Source of the DNA: Phaeosaccion multiseriatum
Lineage: Eukaryota > Protista > Ochrophyta, other classes
NCBI GenBank assembly: GCA_965112735.1
Contig: OZ218956.1
Location: 1,860,001 to 1,924,000 of the forward strand
DNA length: 64,000 bases
Direction of reading: 5' to 3'
The notes under the pieces were generated by a model. The model ran no database searches. It was given only the letters and a program-made list of their open reading frames with translations, and was not told the DNA's origin. Below, one piece after another: positions 1 to 12,337 of this stretch. How positions within the stretch are numbered: the stretch's first letter is position 1; every line of letters begins with the position of its first letter. The position numbers and the translations under genes are program-made.

Positions 1-871
1 GGGTCCCCGGATACCATGCCTTCTTTAGCTTCTGCCAGCTAGAGACGCACAAGCACTACAGCGGCGTCGTGACCTTTGTTCGAGCGAGAAAGGCGCCCGT
101 AGCTTCATTGGCAAGAGGGGGAACAAGAGGAGGAGGAGGAGGAGGAGGAGGAGGAGGAGGAGGAGGAGGAGGGATAGAACCAGGAGCAGCAGCAGCAGCA
201 GCAGCAGCAGGAGGAGGAGGAGGTGCAATAGCAGAAGCAGCAGCAAGTCCCTCTCGCAGTCGGGTGGTGTGGTCCATATGCCCGCCTGCCCGTGCCGCAG
301 CGACCAGCTTTCTGGACGGAGCCTTCTTTGGGGAAGAGGTGGGTAATAGTATTAGATTGGACATATCCCCTCCTCTCCCCCTCCATCGCTTGCTACTCGC
401 TCTGTGCTTTTGTGTTGCTTCGCCGTCTCCTCTCTGGGGTAGTGTTGTAGAACCCTGTTGGACTGGGGCGTCCCTTTGAGCCGACGTCTCCGCAAGCAAG
501 TGTTGCACTTGTCCGTCACGATGCTCACCCCCCCCCCCCCACCTCTCCCCCCCCCCCCACCACACACACACATCCCACGCGCGTCCTCTCTCCTCCCCCC
601 GTAGGCCCTTCCTGAGCACCTAACTGCGGCGAGGGTTCAAGAGCTAGATAAGGAAGGCAGAATGGTCGCCACAGGTAAGACGCGCGAACAATTGGGCACT
701 GTCGATGCCTCTCCCCACAGTCGGGAAAGGGCGTTGTACATTAGCACCAAGAACGCTCCCTGGGCAGCTGTCTAACGCTCTCTGGGCAGCTGTCTAACGC
801 TCTCTTTAGACTCTCCCTGTTTCCCGCTCTCTCTTTTGTGTCTGTGTGTGCTTTCTCTCTCGCGATCTCTC

Positions 872-902
<31 letters not shown>

Positions 903-1375
903 GACTCCGTCTTTCTCCCCCCCCTCCTCTCTCTGTGCGGCTGTCACCCACCCGCCCGCCCCCCCCCCCCTTGCCATCAACAACTATCATTTGGCTTGAC
1001 CCCTCTGTCCTCCCCCCCCCTTCACTTCAGACCACGGCGACTTTGTCCTCATCAACGTGTACTCTCCGTGCGTGGGATGCGGCGACGAGGAGCGAGAGGA
1101 AGAGAGAGCCGAGTTTAAGCTGGACTTCCAGGTACTTCCCCTGCAGGGGGGTGGGGGGTTCCTTGTAAACAACCGAGACGCCGTTGCTCGTCCAAGGAAG
1201 CTCGGATGGTCAAAGAGTGTGGTACTGCAGAGCTCCTGGACTTGACTTACCCCTCCTCCCCCTCTTGCAGACTCATTCGTTACGTACGGTCCTTCCTTCA
1301 GCCAAAACGCAACCTCCCGCCTCCATCGACACGAATACAAGCACAAACACGAACAAAAACGTCATTCGAGTGACC

Positions 1376-1419
<44 letters not shown>

Positions 1420-3305
1420 ATCACCAACTGCTGTTGCTCCTACCTTGTCCCAGGCCATTCTCGGTGCTCGGATTCGCAACCTCAGACGGAGAGGGCGTCA
1501 AGTGGTGCTGCTTGGGGACCTCAATGCATGCCCAACTGCTCAGGTACGCCCCGTGGATGCGGCCCGGGTAGAGTGGGTGGTTAGAGTGAGTCCCAAACAA
1601 GGATAGGACAGAACACATGAGCCAATGTCATAAGGCTTTCCTTCGTGGAGGTAGGAGTCACCTTCTTCCTCTTCCTCTCCCTCGCCTTCTTTCTCCCCAC
1701 TTGTCTCCTTCCCCTCCTTGTCTCTCTCTGTCGGGCATCTCCCGATCTGCTACGACCCATCCTCTACCTCTACTGCCCTGGACCTGTGCCAGGCGAATAG
1801 AAGGCTGCCAAGCAACACGATTCATGTTACAACCCGAGCCTACATCCCCACCCACACCACTTCTCACCCACCTGATGATGATCTGTGGCCGACCTTTCGC
1901 CCCTCAGGACACTGCCTACCATATCGACGAGAAGAGACTGGCCAAGAGCACTGGGGGCTCTTGGTTGAGGGGCATGCTCGGTATTACAGACTCCGTACTG
2001 CTGGAGCAGCAGCAGCAGCGGGAGCAGCAGCAACATCACCGCAGCAGTCAAAGAGGAGGGGGGGTGCGACTTCGAGGTAGTGACGACCTCGACAACGAGG
2101 AGGAGGAGGAGGAGGATGAGGAAGATGAGGAAGACCATGGTCAAGGAGGAGGAGAAGCAGGAGGGGGTGGGTGTCCGAGTCGAGGAGGAGGAGGAGGAGC
2201 AGGAGGAGGAGGAGGAGCAGGAGGAGGAGGAGCAGGCGGAGACTCTCGCGCATCCACAATGGAACAACGGCATGCAGCGACAGAGGCGAGCAGGGCGGAT
2301 GTCGGAAGTAGGGCAGAACGACCCCTACGGGGCGGGACAGAGGGGGAGAGGGGCGTGAACCGAGCTCCAACCGGCCTGCTCGTGGACTGTTTCCGTCGTT
2401 TGCACCCGAATAGAAGCGACGCGTACACGTGCTGGAACACAAAGACGGGGGCGCGGGACAACAACTACGGTGAGCTGCCGCTTAGGGCATGAGGGGAGGG
2501 GAGTAGAGAGAGGTGTAGTGAGGGAAGTGTCTTTGAGGGGTTTGAAGTGAGCGGGGCCTGGGATGAAGGGGGCATAACGTACGGTATGGGCTTGCTTTGG
2601 GGGGGAGGTAGCCAACCACTTGCTTGGGGAGAGCAGTGTACCATCTCACACTACACGGGTGTATGGATGAGATGCCGGCAAGGCCTTGACTGGTGCCTCC
2701 CCTCAGGTATCTTGCGCCTTCAGTACCCGCCCAAAACGTTTCTCACACACGCGCCCACACCATCCGTAACCTTGTCCTCTTCCCCGTTGCGGTGCCGCCC
2801 CTTCCACCACCCCCAACGTACCACTAGGCTCGCGCATCGACTTTATATTGGTCAGCCCTGAGCTCGTCACCAGCTCTCCTCCCTCCTCTTCTACACTGTC
2901 GCCGCCACTCTCTTCCTGCTCGCCCGCGTGGGTGCTTGAGGCTAGCGACATTTGTCCCACTACCACTGGGTCAGACCACTGCCCAACGTTCGCGGACTTT
3001 CGACCTGTTGCTCGGCCGATAGGAGTGTTGCAGTCCTCATGTCATGGAGCTTCGGCATCAGCGGTCGGAGCACTTGTCGCCGAGGGTGCAGCGGCTGATC
3101 AACACGCCGCGTGTGTTGTGCTTTTGGAAAGGCAACAGGAGCAACAGCAGCAGTTGGTGATGCAGCAGAAGGGGGCTGAGGCCGAGCCGCACCCAAAGGA
3201 GTGCAGCTGCTTCTTCTCCTCGGGGAACCTCAAAATGAGTCGTTTCTTGAAACCGACGGGGACAGATTCGACAACCTGCAGCAGTGTAAGTATTAGTATT
3301 AGTAT

Positions 3306-3346
<41 letters not shown>

Positions 3347-4101
3347 ATGGTAGTAGTAGTAGTGGGTCCGCTGGGTTTGTGTTGTCGGCCGCTGGGATGG
3401 TGGACACCAGTAGCACCAACACCAGCACCACCAGCAGCAGCGGGACCGCAAGGGGCGCAGTGCGGAAGGGTGCGAAGCGGGGCCCTCCGAAGCAGATGCC
3501 CCTGACGGCCTTTGTGAAAGCGAAGCCAAGCAGTACGACGACGAGAGGCCAAAGATCGCTTCAGCAGCAGTTGGTGATACAGCAGCAGCAGGAGCAAGAG
3601 AGGTCACTCAAGAGGGGCCGAGTAGAGAAGGGCAACAGCGGTGGTGGTGAAAAGAGTGTCGCGCCAGTCGATCCACTGCAGCAGGAGGAGAAGGAGCGAA
3701 CGACGAAGAAGGCGTGGGACGCCCTGATGAAGCCCACGCCCCCCCCGAATTGCCAGCACGGTATTCCTACGCAGCAGCAAATAGTGAAAAAATCCGGCCC
3801 CAACGAGGTAAGCGCGGGTGGACGTGCGTGTGCGTGCGTGGTGGCGTAGTGCGGTCGGTGTTCCTCCGCTTTTCCACGTCCGCCCGCTACCTACTTGCTA
3901 ACCCCCACACACTCACCACCCCCATCGCTATCTCAGGGGCGAAGCTTCTACTCGTGTGTCAAGTCCGCTGGGAACTACCCCACCGACCCAGAGGCACGCT
4001 GTGGCTTCTTCGCGTGGAAGACGAGCGGAGTGCACGGCAGGATAGGGGAGCGAGGAGCCAAGGGGCCGACCACGAACGTCACCAAAGGTCGGAAGAGATA
4101 A
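1..4101 (+). CDS. APEX2: AP endonuclease 2 (APE2/Apn2), multi-exon, 5' end outside window
   Basis: Exons ~3-338, 605-674, 1031-1131, 1454-1543, 1908-2469, 2828-3807 and 3937-4101 give the ExoIII-family motifs YSGVVTF, LDKEGR..TDHG.FVLINVYSP, LLGDLN, AYTCWN, GSRIDFIL and GSDHCP. A PIP-box-like QMPLTAFV and a C-terminal zf-GRF (CQHG...KKSGPNEGRSFYSC...CGFFAW) are also present. Confidence 0.93.
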
Positions 4102-4131
4102 GACGAAGAGACGGGAAGGATATATATTGAT

Positions 4132-4252
4132 ACATATATTGACTTAAGAGGAATCACCTTAGAAACTGAAACTGAAAGTGGGTGTGTGGGTGTGTGGGTG
4201 TGTGGGTGTGTGGGTGTGTGGGTGAGACGAGAGTGTCATGGTGAGGAGGAGG
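4132..4252 (+). repeat. Dispersed ~100-120 bp repeat, copy 1
   Basis: ACATATATTGACTTAAGAGGAATCACCT(T/G)AGAAACTGAAACTGAAAGTG, then a GT-rich tract, then GTGAGACGAGAGTGTCA.GGTG.GGAGGAGGG. The first 49 nt match 16122-16170 at 48 positions. Confidence 0.85.
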
Positions 4253-4308
4253 GGGGTCGCGTGCACAATTATATAGGAATCACCTAAGAAACTGAAAGTG
4301 TGAATGTG

Positions 4309-4349
<41 letters not shown>

Positions 4350-4697
4350 CGGGTATCGCTTGTCTCCGGGGCCCTCGAGGGGCCGGTTACTCCCCCTCTA
4401 GGGCGGGGAGGGGGAGTGCAGGACCGGCTCCGCGGTTGAGCCGACCCAGGAAGGCGCGCTCCCGCTCCGAGAGCCACATCTGGTTGCTGCAGCTGACGAG
4501 ACGGCGAAGTCTGGTCAGGACGTGGCCCTTGGTGGTGGAGGAGCCAGTGCGGCCCGTACGTGTCACCACGTGCTCGGCGAATGCGTGAGGTAAACATAAA
4601 ATTGGTTCTCCATTGACTCACAAATGGCAACGCGTGGCTTGTTTTTTGTTTTTTTTCCTTCCCCACAAAGAACAAAACAAAGGCTCCTTAGGACAGT

Positions 4698-5984
4698 ATG
4701 GCTTGCCGAAGGAGTCTTACTGGCTTCCGTGTGCTCTCTCGCGCAGAATGTCGGAGCTTCAGCAGTGGCTTTGGCAGACGTGGTCTTTCAGCCAACAGGA
4801 CGCCAAGACAAAATCTTCCTCTTCCCGCTCCTTTCCTTCGCTATAGTAGTAGTACTAGTTCTAGTAGAAGTAGTAGTAGCAGTAGTAAGGGAAACAGTAG
4901 TGGGGCGAGCAGCGACGCCGGCGGTTCGCTGGAGGAGGAGGAAGGAAATGTGCGTCCTTGTTGGGAGGGGTGGTTCGCTTCTGCTCCCCCTGCTGCTCGG
5001 TGCCTCTGCATTGCAATGCAAGCCTCGCGGTGCCTCTGCATTGCAATGCAAGCCTCGCGAGAAGAAAATCTCGCTCATCTTCAGAGTGGCGACCCCCCAT
5101 CGCATGTCCACCTCTTTCTACATAAGCCCTTGCATGGTTATCATCTCACGCTGAACTCGCCCCCACAGGTCATCTACCAGGGAAATCTCACGCAGCCGCT
5201 CAAGGTTCTGAAACGGTATGTGTATGTTTTCGAAGGCGCAAAGAGGGCGCACAACAACCGTTCTTTTCTCTCTCCTTCCTTATTGTCTCCTTCCCTCCGT
5301 GCCTCTCAGCGTCAGCGTGACCACGTCTGTCGTCTCTTTGGTGGGGATGCCTGCTCTGCTCTTCATGAACAACTCCGTGCCCCTGGCTGGCCAAATCGCA
5401 ATCACGGGAACTGCAATGCTGTCGGCGTTGGGATCAACAGGTCAGGAATTCGTAGAGAAGCACACGAGGCGGAGCTAAAGTCAAAGACAAAACAGAAGGG
5501 GAAATTCAGCGCGCGCACTTTCGCCTCATCACGCGTTGTCGCCGGCCTTCATTGCAGCTGCTGCCCCCTTCTGCTTAACTGCTTCTACAGCCTTTTCTTC
5601 CTTTCCCCTTCCCCCCTCTCTGGCCTTCTGCCCCCCCCCCCCACCCCCCCGGCCTCCTTCCTTCCTTCCTTCCTTCCTTCCTTTCATCCAGCCTTGTTGA
5701 ACTGGTTCTCCAAGCCCTACATTCACAGCATGGTGGAGTTCCCGCTCAAGGAAGGCGCAACCGACCAAGACAGACGCTTCAAAGTGGAGCAGATCGACCT
5801 CTTCTCCCGCTCCAGGTACAGCATCTTTACGCTGGGCCAGGTGGTGCCCAGACCTGACCAACCTCGACCCTTCCTCAGCTTCACGGCGGGCGAGCTCGGG
5901 TACTATATCCAAGGCGATCAACTGGCGGACAAGGAGCTGCTCAGGAAGTTGCTGGGGAGAGAGCTCAAGGAAACAGAGCTTTGA
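4698..5984 (+). CDS. TMEM70: TMEM70-family mitochondrial ATP synthase assembly protein
   Basis: Arg/Ser-rich mitochondrial presequence. Exons encode VIYQGNLTQPLKVLK, two hydrophobic segments (SVTTSVVSLVGMPALLF; QIAITGTAMLSALGST), then LLNWFSKPYIHSM...RPFLSF...LLRKLLG, matching the TMEM70 layout. Confidence 0.8.
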   Translation: MACRRSLTGFRVLSRAECRSFSSGFGRRGLSANRTPRQNLPLPAPFLRYSSSTSSSRSSSSSSKGNSSGASSDAGGSLEEEEGNVRPCWEGWFASAPPAARCLCIAMQASRCLCIAMQASREENLAHLQSGDPPSHVHLFLHKPLHGYHLTLNSPPQVIYQGNLTQPLKVLKRYVYVFEGAKRAHNNRSFLSPSLLSPSLRASQRQRDHVCRLFGGDACSALHEQLRAPGWPNRNHGNCNAVGVGINRSGIRREAHEAELKSKTKQKGKFSARTFASSRVVAGLHCSCCPLLLNCFYSLFFLSPSPLSGLLPPPPTPPASFLPSFLPSFHPALLNWFSKPYIHSMVEFPLKEGATDQDRRFKVEQIDLFSRSRYSIFTLGQVVPRPDQPRPFLSFTAGELGYYIQGDQLADKELLRKLLGRELKETEL

Positions 5985-6562
5985 GGAGGCGTAGTGTGGA
6001 AAAGAAGGACGGGGACAGAGAGCTCGCTCAAGCAAACGGAGCTGCTGTGAGGGAAGGAATACACAGAGGTTATGAAATGTGTCAAGTCTGTTTTCGTGTT
6101 TCTCTCTTGTGGAGAGCGCATGAGACGGACTGAAGCTCCTCCTTCCCTCTCACCGTCCCTATCGACTCTCTGCCTGTCCCTTATATCCTCGAGCCCAGAG
6201 TTCTGCGTGAGTTTCAGTTTCCCAGATTTCCCTCGTGCGGAGGAGGGTACCACGGAAGAGCGAGAGAGAGTGGATCGGGATATGGTTAGTGTCCAATTCA
6301 GCTGACTCTGAAACTGAAAGTGCAGTCTACCGGCCCCCTCCCTTCCCTCCAAGGGAAGAGGATTTGATTGATTGACTTAGTGTACTTTATGTGCTCTTTT
6401 CAGGGCATGAGGCGCTGGCGCCCCGAAGCTGCAGAACCATTTCATATTCGCTTCGCTATCGCTTGCGTTACCTCACCACCTGTACGCGCAGTCCAACATG
6501 GCGAGGATTGACAAAATACTGACTTTCAACAATCCAGTATGGAATAACAAAAAGGGGACCAA

Positions 6563-6650
6563 TCGACCCCTGACGGTTATCGACGCATTCTCGATAGCAT
6601 GCTATCGGCCGCCGGCGATAGCAGATAGCACACCGGATAGAAGATAGCGC
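6563..6650 (+). mobile_element. Degenerate partial copy of the MITE at 58724-59010
   Basis: TCGACCCCTGAC..TATCG..CATTCTCGATAGC..GCTATCGGCC..CCGGCGATAGC.GATAGC is collinear with the left part of the 58.7-kb element. Confidence 0.7.
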
Positions 6651-6974
6651 GTAGGGTAGGGGGATGTATTCATAGGTGACACCGAAAGGGGGGGAGGGGA
6701 CATATATTGACTTAAAGGGGGGGAGGGGTGGAAGAGGGGGAGAAGGGGGTCCGACGACGGTGATCATTGACATAATGGATGGCACCCAATGGGCTCGCCC
6801 TTCAAAATCTCCTCCGACCACCATCACATAGAACTTTTAACTCTCTCCCTCTTGCCTTCGCCCCCCCCCCAATCAACTCCGATCACGGCATACCCTGATC
6901 TTCTCTCTTGAATATGCCTTCCAGAGCAGGGGGTTGATTGGCTTTTGTATCCCACCACAGGCGAAAGTTCCGCC

Positions 6975-9493
6975 ATGAAGCCCATGTTTGTGCTTTCGGT
7001 AATTGGCTTTCTGTGGGTGCTGAGCTGTACGGACGGCTTTCGCACGACCCCAGTGACCTCGCTGCTACTGAGGGTAAGCAGCAGTAGAGGCAGAACAAGC
7101 CGGCGAAGCAGCATCACAAGTCAACCCACAAGCAGAGGCCCTTGGGCATTCCGCCGCAGAGGGGTCGGGCCGGAAGAGGGGCCCTCTCCGCGCCACAACA
7201 GGGCGAGGAACGATGGTGGAGGTGAGGTCCCGCTGGCTCGTTGGTATTTGAGAAATTTCACCCCGCGCTGACAGCAGTACCCGGTTCCGGTCTCATTCCA
7301 ACACCTTTCTCCTTTCAAATTCTTGTGTGACCCTTTGTACATACCCAGGCAAGAGGGCGGCCGGTTTCTTTCCCCGACTGATGGTGTCCAACGCCGCACT
7401 TACTACTGCCGCGGTAGGCTCCCCCCTGGAGAGCAGCAGCAAGGTGCGTGGGCGCGTCCGTCCCCATGATGTCGCTACGACCCCCGCAGTTGGCAGACCC
7501 GATTGGTCCGGGCCTTGGAGGCCGCGACCCGCTGGTGTTCGTCTGACCTCTGGTCGGGCCTATAGTCTACAGAGAGGGGCCATCCCGCCGCTCGCCTGTC
7601 CTTGCGTAAATGCTGCGCTTGGGGCTCACGTTGCGCTTTTGGCAGTCAGCTCATCGCATGGCCACACTCAGTCTCCGCCCTCGAGCTGTCACCCTCCCTC
7701 CTTCTCTCTCTCTCCCTCTCTCCTTCCCTCGCCCCCCCTTCCCATCTTCCCTCTTCTCTCTTCTCCCTCTGGCTCTCCCTTACTCCCACCTCTCTCCCTC
7801 TCTACCCTACCCCACCCTTCCCTCTCTCAACTTTCTGTGGCCCCCCTGTTCTCTGCTGCCCTGTGCAGAAGCGTGGCGTAGACTGGGCTGCCTACGTTGA
7901 GCTCCTCCGCCCCCACAATGTCCCGCCTGCAGTGGGCTTGGTGGCTTTCGGGGCATGGGTAGGTGAGTCTTCCACCTCTCTTGTGCCGTCCAATCCGGCA
8001 GCCGGGGATCCACTTCAGACACTCTCTTCGCACCCGCCTGGCAGCAACAGGACCCCCGCCCCTCCGGAAAAATGATGAGTGTCAATGACTTGGTAACGAA
8101 GCAGTGCCCTTTCCCCCTCCTCCTCCCCCCCCCCTGTGTGGTATCTCAACTCACAACACTCGACCGACAGGCTCTCACGACCGGGCAGCCCTCTTTACAA
8201 CAAGGGTTTTGCTGACTGCCCTGTCTTCCGCGCTGGTGGCAATGGGTAGCTGTATCCTCAACGACTGGTTCGATGTCGAGGTTGATGCAGAGAACAATCT
8301 AGAGAGACCGCTCGTGTCAGGGAGGTGAGGAGGAAGGCGAGGACAAAGGGCGGATTCACGCAGAGGAGGAAGGAAAGCTTGACTCGCCTTGGGGAGGGGG
8401 GGGAGGAGGAGACTAAACCATTGCCGTTGTCATTTGCGCGATGACAAGCTTCACTTCATGGCACAACGACGGATGGCCGGCCTGCCTGCCTGCCTACCTG
8501 CTCTTCCTTTGTTTTGACTGCCTCGACCGCCGCATGACTTCCTCCCCCCTCTTCTCTTGTTCTTCTCCTTCGGGTCAAACCTAACCCCCTACGCCCCCCC
8601 CCCCGCACACACACACTCTCTTCACCCACCTCTCTCCCTCTGTACATTGATAAACATTGATCCCTAAATCAATCAATCGATCAATCAATCATTGCTCCCT
8701 CACACACCACCACAACTCACCCCAACAGAGTCAAGCTGAGAAGTGCTCTCCTCCTGAGCCTCGCCTGTCTCTCCGGAGCCCTTTTAAGTGCGGTGGTGGT
8801 GAGTCCCGTGGTACTGCAGGGAGTCATTGCGGCGTCTGTGCTGCTGGTTTCGCTCTATACTCCGTTCCTCAAGCCGGTTCCTGTGCTGAAGAACCTCGTG
8901 GCTGCCGGTGTGATTGCTTTTGCCATCACGGCGGGAGGACTGGCGGCAGGGGCGACCGTTGGTAGCACCCTGGCTCCTGCGGCAGTCACTTTTTTAGGTG
9001 AGACAAAAGAGGTGGGAGAGAGACAGACAGGGAGAGAGAGAGAGAGAGAGAGAGAGTGGAAGAGAGAGAGAGAGAGAGCAAGGGAACCTCTGCCTTCTAT
9101 TGGAGTAAAGCAGGGAGTGGGAGAGGGGAGACAAACTCAACATGAGGCCCGTAAGATTACGTAATGGTGTCCTGCCTGGACCCCCTCTCCTTTGCGCGCT
9201 TGGGGCTCTGTGACACCCAACACACACAAAACTGCCCAACCCCCCACCCCCACCCCCACCTCCCACCCACCCACCCATCTCACCAATGGCCAATCAGGCA
9301 CGATTCACCGCGAGATATTGATGGACGTGTCAGATGTGGAGGGTGACAGGCAGGCCGGCGTCCGCACCCTCCCCGTGCTGCTGGGCAGGCCTGCGGCGGT
9401 GGTGCTCGCTGTGGGAGCAGTCACCGCGTCGATGGCCATCGCTGCGAGGGACATTACGGCAGGTGAGAGCGGGTGTTCGTGTGCATGTGTGTG

Positions 9494-9538
<45 letters not shown>

Positions 9539-10177
9539 GTGTGCGTGTGTGTTTGTGTGTGCGTGTGTGTGTGTGTGTGCGTGCGTGTTAGCCTACACAC
9601 GCCCTGGTCGGATCGTCTGCGAATGACGTGCGGCGCTCGAGGATTTGTTCTTTTCCTCTCTTTTTGACCTTGTTCGCTTCGGAGGCCCTTTCTTTACTGA
9701 GGCGCTGAGTACGTTCGGCCCCTCGCTTGTCTGGTCTTCTCTCCTTGTCACAGCCGCCCTTGTACCCAAGGCGGTAGGGCACGCCAAACAACTTGCCTGC
9801 CTGGCAGTGGCCGGTACACCGCTTTTCATCAACGCTCTCCGGGTAAGAGAGAAGGGGAGAGGTCGAGAGAGAGAGGGCGAGACACAGAGAGAGGAGAGAA
9901 GCGTGTAGGGTTTTATAGCATGGAGTCATCACCACACCTACGCTGCCCCCTTCCATTCCTGCCTACGTTAAATGACAAGTGACGTATCCCCCCCCAATCT
10001 CCCTCCCCCTCGCACTGTTTCTTCTCTCTATTGTCTCGCTCCTCTGCTCTCGCTCTGCTTACTTAGGTGGCAAAGAATGGCTATCAGAAGAAGGACATCT
10101 CCCGGGCGGTGGATTGGGCCTTTGGGCCCCTCGTGCTTATTCTCGCCTTGCTAGGCATCGTTCGAGGAGGCACCTGA
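6975..10177 (+). CDS. UbiA-superfamily prenyltransferase, DGGGP-synthase-like, probably plastid-targeted (~8 exons)
   Basis: Signal peptide [22 protein letters not shown]. Motifs [47 protein letters not shown] and [22 protein letters not shown]; many TM helices. Confidence 0.85.
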
Positions 10178-10266
10178 CTGCGCTCACTCACACACCCAAA
10201 AGGGCGGGTTTGACGGCATTGTAATGCGGACTGCTGCTCCTCCTCCTACTACTGCTACTACTACTG

Positions 10267-10303
<37 letters not shown>

Positions 10304-11152
10304 ACACACTTTTTCATTCGCGTTTTCCCGGGGAATAGAAATCAGACCAAGCAGCCACCGCTGACTGCTCCGCTTCCGTACGTATGTACGTATGTAAGTA
10401 CGCCTCTCTGCTCGTGCACTTTGTGCTAAGAGACTTACGAAAATTGTAGAGACCGAAGGTGAGGTGCATATATATATAAAAAGAATTGCAGCGAAGTACC
10501 ACCACGACCCCTGTACGTTTCATTTCATCTCTCCTTTGGTGGTGTGGTGCTGGCCCCTTCGCTGCGCCTCTCACTTCTCGCCCTTCTCCTCTTTGCTCTG
10601 CTCCTCTTGCTAGCAATTGCTTACACAGCAAGTGGTGGGAAGAGACGCCAATGTATCCCCGCTCCATTATCCCCCCCCCCCCCCCAAAGCATCGGGCACG
10701 TCTTCTGACCGTGTCTGAGTGTTGCTGTGTCCAGTCTTAAGAAGCTGTCAGCGTACTCAGTACTCTTGACAACCGCGAGAGTAGCGCCGGCCAATGCTCG
10801 AGCGGCTTCTGACGTCGGCGTCACCCCGAGATTGGTTTGATAGAACTAAGTCCAGGACCCCTTTCAGAGGTGGAGACTCCCTTTGATGGGGCTGGGGAGG
10901 TGAGCGTGGGAGGCGCGCCGCACACAGCAGCGACCCATTCCCTCCAGAGGCCAAGGTCTCAGGGATCTGCGTGGGGCGTCTGTTGAGAGCCTCTGCTGAG
11001 AGAGGGAACAAAGCGGTGCACCTTCCGCCGGCAAATCGCTGCCGCCTGCCTACTGGCTTCCCCGCTGGCGGGCCCCGGCTGACCGTCTGCCTGCCTCTGT
11101 GCCACTCAGCTGCGTCTTCCATCTTCTTCGTCGTTCGTTCCTGTTTGCTCCG

Positions 11153-11197
11153 CCACTCAGGGGCCCACTCAGGGGCCCACTCAGGGGCCCACTCAGG
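11153..11197. repeat. 12-bp tandem repeat (CCACTCAGGGGC) x~3.5
   Basis: Read directly; further CCACTCAG words at ~11102 and ~11217. Confidence 0.8.
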
Positions 11198-11230
11198 GGG
11201 GGTGGACACTAAGGTGCCACTCAGGCGCAC

Positions 11231-12304
11231 TCAAAAGAGGGCAGAGGGGCTTCCCCGGCCGCTGCGCACTACCTCCCATACGTAGCCCGTGCTCTTTCCC
11301 CCTGTCTCGGCGTTGGCCCCGCTCGCCTCTCTCAAGAGGCGAAAGTCCCACGGGCCACCGTCGGAAGCCAAGCGCTTATCGGTCGTCACCACCAGAGTCC
11401 CTGAGGAGAGAGAGGCAGGAGGGGGGAGGGAGGAGGTCGGGAGATGCGGGGGGTACGATAGAAAGGAAAAGAAGGATAAATGCGGGAGGTAGGAAGGAGC
11501 CGCCGGCAAGAGCCATATGCGTCGGCTCAAAGCTCTCTGAAGGCGCTACGTGGAAGACAAGATGGACAGGCACATACGCACACACACACCCACACGCACA
11601 CACACACATGCACACACACGCACGCACGCACGCACGCACGCACGCACACACACATACACACGCACCTTCTTTGCACTGAGTGCCCACAGAGTACGACAGC
11701 TCAGAGAGAAGGTCTCCGTAGGCGGGCCAAGCAGTGCTGTAGCAGAAGATTACGTCCGCCTCTCCCAGCAGCTTCCCCGTGGGCAGTGGGCCGTCAGGGG
11801 CAGTGCTGCTGCTGGTACTGCTGCTACTGCTGCTACTGCTCGAGGGCGTGAACGTAGAGTCTAGCGGAAGGTCGTCCGTGTCATTGATGTCACCGAGGAA
11901 GAGCTTGCATGGTGCCATCTCGGCCTGAGGAGGGGGAGGGGAGGCACAAGATAGGCACGTGTATTGATGTGGTTTGGCCTCCAGCCTCAGTGTGATCATG
12001 TGGACACACACATACACTCCTCACCTGGACCATGCGCAGGCCGTCGTTGGATAGCACATGCGCCAGATCCGCCTGTGGGGCTCCTTCCCCTGCCCCACCC
12101 CCCCCTTGCCCCATGCACTTCGACAGCTCCTCCAGCGCATTCCGGCCCATGGCGTAAAGGGAAGGGACAATCTCCACCCCCACGCACTCCTTCCAAGGCC
12201 ATCTGTGAATCAGAGGTGCGCATTAAAGGAGTGGTTCGGAGGGTGGTGAGCTGCCCCGTCGTCACTGGGAGAGAGAGGAAGAGGTCGGGCCTCCTCTCTT
12301 TCTC

Positions 12305-12337
<33 letters not shown>

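Noticed and set aside
4383-4569. Short minus-strand ORF and 10-bp hairpin (ACTCCCCCTC/GAGGGGGAGT) as a gene or ncRNA
   Set aside because: No start context or homology recognised, and such a stem is expected by chance in G/C-run-rich DNA.
10621-11230. Possible extra minus-strand gene or exons downstream of the DOT1-like stop
   Set aside because: No recognisable domain; the PEWA repeats come from a 12-bp tandem repeat. It is more likely 3'UTR.
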